From a virus, in the IMG/VR virus record IMGVR_UViG_3300046471_000128, positions 43,510 through 107,509 of that record: 64,000 nt of DNA; one strand, written 5' to 3'. A model generated the notes under the pieces. It ran no database searches and was not told where the DNA came from. It saw only the letters and a list, made by a program, of their open reading frames with translations. Each line of letters begins with the position of its first letter. Positions within the stretch are counted from its first letter, which is position 1. Both the position numbers and the translations under genes were made by a program. Of this stretch, positions 20,580-29,119 are shown in pieces.

Positions 20580-21221
20580 TTATTCCAAGGTTTGGAGGAA
20601 GGTGGACAGCGCGTCGGCGCCGGCAAGCCCGGTGACAGCCTGGGCGCGCGCCATGAAGCGCACGATGTGGATCTCGTCGGCGCCTGAGACGTCCTTGAAG
20701 CCGAACACCTTCGCGAGCGGCACGCGGCGCGCGCTCACCTCGTCGGCTTTGGCGTGCGCGGCCTCTTCCTGCATCTCGACGGCGACCGCGACGTCCGGCA
20801 CGAAGGCCGCGTCGTTCAGCTCGCCGAGGTCGGCCATCGAGAACTCGAGCTCCTTCACATCGAAAATGCCGCTCAGCAGGCCCTCAATGCCCTCGATCTC
20901 GTCGCGGAACATCATCGTGTCGATGCCGCCCTCGTTCGTGCGGTTGTCCGCCAGGCGCAGCGCCCGCTTCTGCTCATCGGTCAGGCCCGACAGCACGACC
21001 ACCGGCACTTCGGTGATTGAGAGCTTGATCGCCGCCAGGCGCCGGCCGTGGCCGGCGATGATCTCGTTGTTCTCATCGATCACGATCGGCTGGGTCCAGC
21101 CGAACTGCTGGATCGACTCGACGATCTTGGCGACCTGCGCGTCGTCGTGTTTCTTGACGTTCTTCGCGTAGGGCACGAGCGCGGCGACGGCGCGTCGCTC
21201 TTCGGTGCGGGCGGGATTCAT
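20580..21221 (-). CDS. ParB/Srx-domain protein 1
   Basis: LVPY.KN...H...SI..FGWTQPI...IIAGHGR..AA...LADN. Confidence 0.85.
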   Translation of the reverse strand: MNPARTEERRAVAALVPYAKNVKKHDDAQVAKIVESIQQFGWTQPIVIDENNEIIAGHGRRLAAIKLSITEVPVVVLSGLTDEQKRALRLADNRTNEGGIDTMMFRDEIEGIEGLLSGIFDVKELEFSMADLGELNDAAFVPDVAVAVEMQEEAAHAKADEVSARRVPLAKVFGFKDVSGADEIHIVRFMARAQAVTGLAGADALSTFLQTLE

Positions 21222-21436
21222 GCGGCCTCCGGGTGTTCGAAGCGCACGCACGCGGCGGTCTTGTGGACCTTGAACCCGCCGATCCCGCAGCGCAGGTTCG
21301 TCTGGTTGACGTAGACGCTGCCACCGAAGGCGGCCTTAACCGTCACTTCCTCGAACTCGAAATGGCGGCAGCTGCCGCAGTTGTTCGGCGCGCGGCTGTA
21401 GTGCTGCGCGGCCTTGGCTTCGCTTTGTTTGCTCAT
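21218..21436 (-). CDS. Small Cys-rich protein
   Basis: CGSCRHF...RC.IGGF.V...A.C. Confidence 0.55.
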   Translation of the reverse strand: MSKQSEAKAAQHYSRAPNNCGSCRHFEFEEVTVKAAFGGSVYVNQTNLRCGIGGFKVHKTAACVRFEHPEAA

Positions 21437-21708
21437 GCTGCTTGCAGCTCCTTCTCTTCAATGGCTGGCTCAAGTGCGTCAGGAATGCACTCGGCAGGCA
21501 GCGGGGTTTGGATCTTGCGGAAAAACCGCACGACGGCGGCCTTGCGCTGGGAAAGCTTGTCGTCGAGGTCGTCATCCGGCTCGTATTCGTCGCCGTTGTC
21601 GCAGTTCTCGCAGATGGCTGGCTCCCGGTTGTGGAAGTAGCAGCTCTGGCACTCTGGGAAAAGGAACTCGGAGCGCGGGATGCGCGCAAAACCCGTCGGG
21701 CGTGTCAT
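21433..21708 (-). CDS. Small Zn-finger-like protein
   Basis: CQSC...CENC, start MTRPTG at 21708. Confidence 0.55.
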   Translation of the reverse strand: MTRPTGFARIPRSEFLFPECQSCYFHNREPAICENCDNGDEYEPDDDLDDKLSQRKAAVVRFFRKIQTPLPAECIPDALEPAIEEKELQAA

Positions 21709-22067
21709 ACCGTGATCCAGTCGTCCGCGAGCATGTCGAGGTTGGTCGGAAACCAGCCCGACCAGCTGGCGCCGTCCGTCTCGCACTTGAACAACCCATC
21801 GACGATCGCCAGTGTGTAGGTGCGCGTGAAGCCCGTTTTCCAGCCCACGCGAGAGACGCGCAGGCCCGTCTTCAATGCCTCCAGCGCCATGCCGAAGCTC
21901 ATGCCGACGGCCGGCCGGTAGGCTTTCTCGAAGACCGCCTTGGGTGACCAGCTGATGTAGCCGTCCTCGTAGCGAACTGAGTAGCCCTCTTCGGCGTTGC
22001 CCGTGACCGGGTTGATCGCGGCGAGGGGCTCCGCGTGGATGATCTTGCTGCCGATGTATCGGTTCAT
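21705..22067 (-). CDS. DUF2829 / Tad2-like cyclic-nucleotide sponge with N-terminal extension
   Basis: MSFGMALEALKTGLRVSRVGW...W.P...DMLADDW is the DUF2829 signature. Confidence 0.75.
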   Translation of the reverse strand: MNRYIGSKIIHAEPLAAINPVTGNAEEGYSVRYEDGYISWSPKAVFEKAYRPAVGMSFGMALEALKTGLRVSRVGWKTGFTRTYTLAIVDGLFKCETDGASWSGWFPTNLDMLADDWITV

Positions 22068-22726
22068 TTGTATGCCTTCATGAGATCGACGAAGGCGTTG
22101 CCCGCGTTCGTCATGGAGTCTTCGGTGGTGAACCCTTGCTCGCGCTGGCGGCGCTCGATCGCGGAGGTGATCCAGGCGACGTCTTCGACCGGCACCTTGA
22201 AGCGCATCACCTGATGGGTGGCGCCCAGGCCCGCGCCGGACAGATCAGGCATTTCGGTCTGATCCAGCTGGTCAAGCTCGTCGATGTCTATACTTGACGC
22301 TGCCAGAATCGTTTCGAGTTCGGTGTCGGTGTAAGGCATGAACAGGGCGATGTCTTCGGTGCCGAGTTCCTTGAGCAAGCGCGAGAGCGCAAGCGTGTCG
22401 TCTTCGCCGTAGCGGCCGTTGTCGACCAGGCCGATCTCCTTCGCCGTGGTGTCCGAGATCGGTCCCACATCGACGATGGGCACTTCGGTGTAGCCAAGGC
22501 GCTGCGCGGCTTCCCAGCGGTGCTGACCGCCGAGGATCTGGTAACCGGTGCCGTCTGGGTGCGGGCGCACGACGATCGGCTTGTAAACGCCGAACCGCTT
22601 GATACTGATGTCCAACTTGTCCTCATTTTCGGGAGCGACATAGTTGGTGTTCCAAGGGTTCGGGCGCAGACTTGCAACTGACACCTTGCCCTGTGCGGGG
22701 TAGATCGAGGATGGCGAAGCAGCCAT
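22064..22726 (-). CDS. ParB/Srx-domain protein 2
   Basis: LRPNPWNTN...SIKRFG..KPIVVR...ILGGQHRWEAA...DN. Confidence 0.85.
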   Translation of the reverse strand: MAASPSSIYPAQGKVSVASLRPNPWNTNYVAPENEDKLDISIKRFGVYKPIVVRPHPDGTGYQILGGQHRWEAAQRLGYTEVPIVDVGPISDTTAKEIGLVDNGRYGEDDTLALSRLLKELGTEDIALFMPYTDTELETILAASSIDIDELDQLDQTEMPDLSGAGLGATHQVMRFKVPVEDVAWITSAIERRQREQGFTTEDSMTNAGNAFVDLMKAYK

Positions 22727-22788
22727 AATGCACTCACACGTAATAAGTTACCGCTTACTATAGCGATGGAACTCCTATAAGGCAAGAA

Positions 22789-24519
22789 ATGACGACTCCC
22801 ATTACCCTCGCCGCAGGTGCGGTGAACGCCAAACTGATCGGCGCGCCGCGCGAAGCGGCGCTGCTCGTGCGCGACAAGCTCTCCTACCTGGTGGACGGCG
22901 CGAGCTACTCGCAGGCGTTCAAGGGCACCTCGTGGGACGGCACGTCAAGCTTCTACGACTTCTCGACCGGCATGTTTCCGGCGGGTTTCGTCTACAAGGT
23001 CTATTCGACGCTGCTGAAAGCCGGCTACCGGGTCAACCTCGTGAGGAAGGAAGCACCGCCGCCGCTGGGCCCGGAGCGCCCCGTGGTCGACAGCTTCGGC
23101 TACGACCCGCGCTACGCCTATCAGCCCGAGGTGGCCGACAAGCTCGTCAAGCACCGGCAGGTGATCGCCCGCGTCGCGACGGGCGGGGGTAAATCCCGGA
23201 TTGCCCGCATCTGCTACAAGCGCATCGACCGGCCGACGCTCTTTCTGACCACCCGGGGCATCCTGATGTATCAGATGGGCGAAGCCGTCGAAGAGAACCT
23301 CGGCGAGCGCGTGGGCGTCGTGGGCGACAGCCAGCGGGACTTCTCCCGCAAGTTTACGCTCGGGATGGTGCAGACGATTAGCCAGGCGATCGACAAGTGG
23401 ACCGACGACGGGGAGCTCCTCGCCTACATCAAGAACCGGGATGCGGCCGAAGACCGCGAGGTCGTGAAGCTGCAGACGCGGCTCAAGAAGCAAAAGCTGC
23501 CGCTCGGCCAGGTCGCCGACGCCACCACCGCGCTCAGGAAGACGCTCGAAGCGCAGCGCCCCGCCGACGCGCAGGTCGTGGCCGACATCCAGGCGAAGGT
23601 GCGGGATCACAACCGCAAGCGCGAGGAAATGATCGCCTTCCTGGCGAAAATTGAATTCGTTATTCTCGAGGAAGCGCATGAGGCGTCCGGCGAGGGCTTC
23701 TACGAGATCATGCGGCACTGCGTGAACGCCCACTACCGGTTGGCACTCACCGCCACGCCGTTCATGAAAGACAGCCCCGAAGCGAACATGCGGCTCGAGG
23801 CGTGCTCCGGGCCCGTGGCGATCACGGTCACTGAGAAGCAGCTGATCGACCTCGGCGTGCTTGCGCGGCCGTTCTTCAAGTTCGTGCGGCTGCAGAACGC
23901 GGCGCCCTCGTATGTCGAGACGGTCGAGAGCAAGGGAATCACGCGCCAAGTCACGCACCGGCTGTTCCGCTCGACCCCGTGGCCGAAATGCCTCGAGATC
24001 GGCGTGGTCCACAACGAGGAGCGCAACCGCGCGATCGTCTATGAGGTGAGCCGCGCGAAGCAATACGGGCTGCCGTCGATGATTCTGGTCGGCCGCCAGG
24101 AGCACGGCAAGAAGCTCGTGGAGATGCTCACGCAGGCGGGCGTGCGCTGCGCATTCATCTTCGGTGAGCACAACCAGAAGGAGCGCAAGGCCGCGCTCAA
24201 CGCGCTCGCACAGGGCAAGATCGACGCGCTGATCGGCTCGACCATCCTCGACGTGGGCGTCGATGTGCCCGCCGTCGGCATGATCGTGCTCGCGGGCGCG
24301 GGCAAAGCCGAGGTCCAGGCCCGCCAGCGCATCGGCCGGGGTCTGCGCGCGAAGAAGAAGGGGCCGAACGTTGCGTTCGTGGTCGATTTCATCGAAGCAG
24401 CCAACAGCACGCTGCGGGACCACCAGAACGAGCGCCTGTCGATCATTCAGAGCACGCCGGGCTTTGCCGAGAACATCGTGAGCGACTTCGACTACTCGAT
24501 TTTCAGGGAGGCGGCGTGA
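22789..24519 (+). CDS. Superfamily 2 helicase
   Basis: ATGGGKS, EEAH, LTATP, DVGVDVP, QRIGRGLR. Confidence 0.92.
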   Translation: MTTPITLAAGAVNAKLIGAPREAALLVRDKLSYLVDGASYSQAFKGTSWDGTSSFYDFSTGMFPAGFVYKVYSTLLKAGYRVNLVRKEAPPPLGPERPVVDSFGYDPRYAYQPEVADKLVKHRQVIARVATGGGKSRIARICYKRIDRPTLFLTTRGILMYQMGEAVEENLGERVGVVGDSQRDFSRKFTLGMVQTISQAIDKWTDDGELLAYIKNRDAAEDREVVKLQTRLKKQKLPLGQVADATTALRKTLEAQRPADAQVVADIQAKVRDHNRKREEMIAFLAKIEFVILEEAHEASGEGFYEIMRHCVNAHYRLALTATPFMKDSPEANMRLEACSGPVAITVTEKQLIDLGVLARPFFKFVRLQNAAPSYVETVESKGITRQVTHRLFRSTPWPKCLEIGVVHNEERNRAIVYEVSRAKQYGLPSMILVGRQEHGKKLVEMLTQAGVRCAFIFGEHNQKERKAALNALAQGKIDALIGSTILDVGVDVPAVGMIVLAGAGKAEVQARQRIGRGLRAKKKGPNVAFVVDFIEAANSTLRDHQNERLSIIQSTPGFAENIVSDFDYSIFREAA

Positions 24520-24521
24520 TG

Positions 24522-25304
24522 TTAAGTCCAGTTTCGTTCCAGTGCCAACGCTTCTCCTTGCTTCGTCAAACCGAGTGTATCCACCGCATAACCCGGCAAT
24601 ACCGTAACGTAGCTAGCCAGCTTGTCGACAGAGTGAGCAAATCGCAGCTTCGACACCTTCAAGTCGCGCATAAGATCGACCGAAGCGATCGCTCCATAAT
24701 GGGCAAGCAGCCTGATCATTTTCTCCTCGACCGGTGAAAATGCATGCTCGGCAGGAGCTGCTGGCGTTGCGCGAGCGGCCGGCTCGGCGAAGTCAGTTTG
24801 CGCGGGAGCGGGCTGAACCTTATCGAACGCCTTCGCAACGCCGCCCTCCAGTCCCGTCCACCCTCGCTCGAAGCGTTCTCGCAACGCCGACTCCTTTTCT
24901 GGGGCTTCGTTGGCAGTGTTGATCGCTATGACCAGGGCGAGAAAGTCCTCTTTCTCGAACACCGTAGCTTGGAACTGTGCAAGCGGGGAGGGCAATCTGC
25001 TCTTGTCGACGCGAAGGCACAGTGGATGGATCGCCGCGTTAGCCATTGACTTTGAGAGCGCGCCCGCTTCGAAATGAAGCCACGGTTCCTGCATGTTGTC
25101 CTGCGTGACGCATATGATGCCGACGTTCGTGCTGTCGAGTTCCTGCGCGAGTTGCAGCCCCCACCGCCGCCCCTTCTGAAGATCGGCATCAGACACCCAA
25201 ACGTCGGCCGTGCGAAGCGTCATTTCGAGAAAGTGCTTCAGCTCCACAGCGATCGTTTTCGCCGGCTCTTTGGACCAGCTTACGAATATCTTCATGGACC
25301 CCAT
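24522..25304 (-). CDS. TIR-domain protein with C-terminal winged helix
   Basis: IFVSWS...VWVS..DL.KG..W...L..EL...WLHFEAGA (catalytic Glu present); lower GC than neighbours. Confidence 0.85.
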   Translation of the reverse strand: MGSMKIFVSWSKEPAKTIAVELKHFLEMTLRTADVWVSDADLQKGRRWGLQLAQELDSTNVGIICVTQDNMQEPWLHFEAGALSKSMANAAIHPLCLRVDKSRLPSPLAQFQATVFEKEDFLALVIAINTANEAPEKESALRERFERGWTGLEGGVAKAFDKVQPAPAQTDFAEPAARATPAAPAEHAFSPVEEKMIRLLAHYGAIASVDLMRDLKVSKLRFAHSVDKLASYVTVLPGYAVDTLGLTKQGEALALERNWT

Positions 25305-25420
25305 CCGAACGATTAATGCGGCAATATTCGGATTATACCGGCCACTGACCGCCGTTCTTATGTGGTGTCATTCGGCGGCTTCGGATAAAGTAAGCTATAG
25401 CTTACTTTAAAGGAGAAGCC

Positions 25421-25651
25421 ATGTTCCCCTCGCGCGTTCCGGTGCTGTATCTGTTTCACATCGCCTGCGTCATCGGCATCATCGCGCTCGTGGTCATCTG
25501 GACCAGCAACCCTCTGGCCCTGCTCGCGCTGAACTTCCTGCCCGACGTGCCGCTCATGCAAGACCCCGAGCAGGTCGCCCGTATTGGAGCCATCGAGCGT
25601 GAGCTCGAGGATGCCGACGGCGGCTCTGGGAATCCGATTGGGTTCATGTAG
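25421..25651 (+). CDS. Small membrane protein
   Basis: AAGGAG SD, hydrophobic N-terminal half, followed by a terminator. Confidence 0.65.
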   Translation: MFPSRVPVLYLFHIACVIGIIALVVIWTSNPLALLALNFLPDVPLMQDPEQVARIGAIERELEDADGGSGNPIGFM

Positions 25652-25671
25652 CCCAAGCCCCACCCTTCCCG

Positions 25672-25700
25672 AACGGCGCGCAATGCGCCGTTTTTCGTTT
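25672..25700 (+). terminator. Intrinsic terminator
   Basis: aacggcgc-gcaat-gcgccgtt stem followed by T-run. Confidence 0.7.
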
Positions 25701-25757
25701 GGATCTGCCGCGTTGCCTATAATTATAAATATGACATAACCATAGGGTCGCATAACA

Positions 25758-26042
25758 ATGACCGATCGCCTTCGCACCGCCATCGCCCTCACCGACACCT
25801 CGCGGGAGCGCCTCGCACGGATGGCCGAGGTCGCCGGGCTCTCCCAGAACGCCACTCTCGAGTCGATTATCCTCGGCATCACCGACGACGAACTGCGCAC
25901 GATTGCCGCCCGGGGCAACGTCGTGGTGAAGGCAGAGAAACGGGAGCGTCTCGCCCAGAAGCGGGCCATTCGCGAGAAGCTCGCCGCGCTCACGCCGGCC
26001 GAGCAGGAGCGTCTTTTCAAACTAGCCAAGGACGAAAAATGA
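25758..26042 (+). CDS. Putative ribbon-helix-helix DNA-binding protein
   Basis: RTAIALTDTSRERLARMAEVAGLSQNATLE; TATAAT at 25718 upstream. Confidence 0.5.
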   Translation: MTDRLRTAIALTDTSRERLARMAEVAGLSQNATLESIILGITDDELRTIAARGNVVVKAEKRERLAQKRAIREKLAALTPAEQERLFKLAKDEK

Positions 26043-26542
26043 GCCTTTATTCCGAGGTGATGGACTACGCGAAGGCCAACCTGCCCGAGATCGCGGGTGA
26101 CATCGACGTCACCAGTTACATCGTCGCGGTGGCCGAGCTGATGCGCCGGATCAACTACTGCCCGAACGCCGCGGACCTGGGCGACACGCACAAGTCTTGG
26201 GCCTGGCAGTTGAAGGAGCCGATCAAAGACCCGAAGGCGGCGCGGCGCACGTATCGGCGGTTCGCCGAGGCGATGAACGCGGACATGGTGAAAGCGCTCA
26301 AGCACACGCTGGAGCTGCGCGCGGCGAAGAACGCGGGCCTGCCGCCGCCGGCACCGCCTGTCCGGTTGGGTGAGGATGGCGACACCGCGCTGCCAGTGCT
26401 AAGCCCGGCAGGGGCGCTCGAACACACGGTGGATGACGGGCCGGTGATGGTGGTCGCGCCCGTCGATGAGGCGATTGAGGCGATCGTGGGCAGGTTGCTC
26501 GACGAGCAGCCGCTCGACAATGAGGCGTGGGCCGCGTGGTGA
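26039..26542 (+). CDS. Hypothetical protein (ends EAWAAW)
   Basis: ATGA overlap with the upstream gene. Confidence 0.6.
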   Translation: MSLYSEVMDYAKANLPEIAGDIDVTSYIVAVAELMRRINYCPNAADLGDTHKSWAWQLKEPIKDPKAARRTYRRFAEAMNADMVKALKHTLELRAAKNAGLPPPAPPVRLGEDGDTALPVLSPAGALEHTVDDGPVMVVAPVDEAIEAIVGRLLDEQPLDNEAWAAW

Positions 26543-26578
26543 GATAGAATCGCGCACCAATCATCGGGGGAATCAAAA

Positions 26579-26893
26579 ATGAAGAAATGGGGAATGATGC
26601 TGTTGCTGGCGGTCGCAGGTAGCGCGCATGCGTATTCAGAAGGGTCGGCGGAGGAGCTCACGAAGCGCGTTCGCGTGTGCAAGGTCTACGCCGACCTCGG
26701 CGATCTGTATTACCGGATGGCGCTGCAGGGGAAGAAGCCGACCGCGCAGAAGGACGACTGGGCCGAGCCGATGCGCCAGCACATCGAGGATGAGATTTTC
26801 GGGAACGTTGCCTCGTATGACCGGCAGTCGGCAGCAGAGATGGCAGGCACTTACTGCCTTGACAACATCGTGCGCCTGTCGCACGGCGCTTGA
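26579..26893 (+). CDS. Secreted protein
   Basis: Signal peptide MKKWGMMLLLAVAGSAHA, two Cys. Confidence 0.65.
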   Translation: MKKWGMMLLLAVAGSAHAYSEGSAEELTKRVRVCKVYADLGDLYYRMALQGKKPTAQKDDWAEPMRQHIEDEIFGNVASYDRQSAAEMAGTYCLDNIVRLSHGA

Positions 26894-27262
26894 TCGACGG
26901 GCACGGACGGTAGCTGCGGGGCGCGCCAGCGCCCCTAGCGCCGTCTGCCTGGGCCCGCAGGGCCGCGAGGGTGCGATTCCCCATGTGGACACACTCAAAG
27001 CCCCACAGCCCCTTCCCCACGTCCCACCTTCCACTTTCCCGCTGCCCCACTCCCCGCTTTGCCACGGCCCTATAAGGATCTCGGATTCGCCGAGGCCCGG
27101 CTGTATAAGGATCGGGTCTGGATCGGAAAAAAATTTCCAACGAGGCCCCACCACTATTGCGCGCCGTTCTAAGACCACCGACGTGCCGCATGGTCGGTGA
27201 TCAGTGGGCGGGGCGGGGTCGGTGCGTCCGCCCATCGTTAGATGGGCGAACTATGACGATAG

Positions 27263-27451
27263 TTAGGTTAGCGTATCAATCGACAGACTGAACCGGTCGA
27301 TTGCATGCGCGTGCATATCGCTCTGTTCGTAAGCGCGCGAATCGTAGCGCGTGGGTTGAAACACTGCATCGAATGCATCGAAGGTTTCACTGTGCGCACG
27401 TTCCCCGTGCTGGGCAATGCGGGCAAAATGAGCGCTCTGCAAGGTTTTCAT
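27263..27451 (-). CDS. Small hypothetical protein in the KCCD-free zone
   Basis: 62 aa ORF, co-oriented with neighbours. Confidence 0.35.
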   Translation of the reverse strand: MKTLQSAHFARIAQHGERAHSETFDAFDAVFQPTRYDSRAYEQSDMHAHAIDRFSLSIDTLT

Positions 27452-27515
27452 GGTCTGGTAGGTCGTCAGGTAGCAGGTAGAGAACGCGGGCGCTTTGTGC
27501 GCCCGCTATGCGCGT

Positions 27516-27698
27516 TTAGCGCGACGCGTTCAAGTGAGCACGGGCACGCGCGCGACGCATGCGGGCACGCGTTGCCCGTGTGCGGTGCGGTGCGTTATTG
27601 ATGGGTTCGGGCAATGCGTGAAAAGCGAGCACGACAGCAAGCGCGACCAGCAAGACAGACAGCAAGGGTAAAAGGTATTGATTCATCGTTAGCATCAA
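27516..27698 (-). CDS. Small membrane peptide in the KCCD-free zone
   Basis: Hydrophobic helix followed by Arg-rich tail. Confidence 0.4.
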   Translation of the reverse strand: MMLTMNQYLLPLLSVLLVALAVVLAFHALPEPINNAPHRTRATRARMRRARARAHLNASR

Positions 27699-27752
27699 TC
27701 GAAGGGTTAGAAACCCGGGCGCACCGTGCGCCCGGTAAAAGTCACAGGTTCC

Positions 27753-28424
27753 TTATTCTTTCTTCGCGCCCTTTACGAGTGAGAGGGTATCGCTAGAAGC
27801 TTGTTCTACCATCTTTGCAATTGCAGCGACAAAGGGAGATTTAGCATTCACTTCGAGCACTGCGCTTTTACCCTTAACCTTAACCATTTGACCCATATTG
27901 AGATACTTACAGAAACCATTCACACCGAACGAGCGTGAAACCTTGGTTTCTTCGCTAGTAACACCGACGCCCGGTATCACGCGACGCAGTTTCGAAACCA
28001 GCGACAGGTCTTTAACGATATCGCTAGTCGATTCGTCTCCCTTGCCCGTGTTAGCAAAGTAAAGCGCTTCGCGCGACACTGCGCCCGCATGCACTGCGCT
28101 AAGCAGGGAAAGCGCGGTAACACCGTCAAGCTTGCTGTAGTCTTTCGCATGCAGACAAGCGAAAAATTCTGATACGCGCTTGCAAGCTTTCACGCCCATG
28201 TTATCTGCAATGGTTGCAAGAAACGTTGTTTCGTCAATGCGCGCTTTTTTCAGCATGCCCGAAGCGAAAACACAAAGCGCGTCATCCCAATATGCGAGAG
28301 CGGTTTTGATATCGTCTTGCAAGTGAGCGCTGCCCGTCTTTGTGTTGTAACGATCGTTTGCGCGGTTGAATGCGATTGAAACATTTTCGAGCGTGAAAAT
28401 CGTTTCTTTAACTTGTGCGTTCAT
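27753..28424 (-). CDS. Candidate immediate-early protein, 223 aa (start MNAQVK)
   Basis: AAAGGT SD, canonical sigma70 promoter, downstream hairpin 27715-27736, unusual codon usage. Confidence 0.8.
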   Translation of the reverse strand: MNAQVKETIFTLENVSIAFNRANDRYNTKTGSAHLQDDIKTALAYWDDALCVFASGMLKKARIDETTFLATIADNMGVKACKRVSEFFACLHAKDYSKLDGVTALSLLSAVHAGAVSREALYFANTGKGDESTSDIVKDLSLVSKLRRVIPGVGVTSEETKVSRSFGVNGFCKYLNMGQMVKVKGKSAVLEVNAKSPFVAAIAKMVEQASSDTLSLVKGAKKE

Positions 28425-28484
28425 TTTGATTACCTTTGATTGAGTGTTGGTCTGTTTGCCCGGTCTCGCTGAACCGGTAGAGAA

Positions 28485-28513
28485 ATAGTAACCGCACACC
28501 TAGCCCGGTGCAA
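28485..28513 (-). promoter_or_regulatory. sigma70-type promoter TTGCAC-N17-TACTAT
   Basis: Read on - strand about 60 bp upstream of the ATG at 28424. Confidence 0.7.
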
Positions 28514-28750
28514 TAAGTATGCGAAAAAAAACGTATGGCTTTTCTATTCGCGTTGTTTTTCAGAGGAGTGCTTGAAAGGTGTTTTTGACTGTGCTATTTG
28601 CGCGGGCGCACCTGCATGCATGCTCAATAGGGAGCGCGCATATCGAATGCTTAGATAGGGATACGATGTATCGTGGATCTGATTAATCGATCATAGGGAG
28701 TTCGAACTATGTGATTGTTCGTGGACCCGATTAACCGGTCGTTAGCGGAG

Positions 28751-28817
28751 CGACGCTTCGTGGCCCGACGCTTCGTGGCCCGATGCTTCGTGGAGCGATG
28801 ATTCGTGGAACCGATGA
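28751..28817 (+). repeat. 15-bp tandem array CGAYGMTTCGTGGMS (about 4.5 units; degenerate copies near 28664 and 28712)
   Basis: cgacgcttcgtggcc twice, cgatgcttcgtggag, cgatgattcgtggaac, cgatga. Confidence 0.9.
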
Positions 28818-29119
28818 CCACGGCGCCCAGCGGGCGCCGGTGCCCGAACCGCGCCATCCCTGCCCTGCCCGCAGCCGGTGCCGGTTTCTGCCAATCCGCC
28901 CTTACCTGGCCCGGGTTTTTCCAAAAATTGCCACGGATTTGAACGGAACCCGGGCGCCCGCCCCACAGCAAGCCACGGCACGCCATCCGAGCGCTTACGG
29001 GCACCCAGCCACGGCAGTGTAGAACGAAAAAAGGGCTGGCACCCGAAGGTGGCAGCCCAAAAGTCTTACGTATCACAGTAGGACTCACTCAGGTAAATCG
29101 AGGCGAAGCATACAGCAGG

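Noticed and set aside
20580-22726. ParB genes as a plasmid partition system
   Set aside because: No adjacent ParA and no clear HTH; the neighbouring ATPase is ABC-type
24522-25304. KCCD depletion as a general property of low-GC segments
   Set aside because: Other lower-GC segments (TIR gene, 31990-32400, 45500-45850) contain GCCA, GCCG and TCCA normally
28751-28817. Tandem repeats as a CRISPR array
   Set aside because: Units are 15 bp and contiguous with no unique spacers; no cas genes
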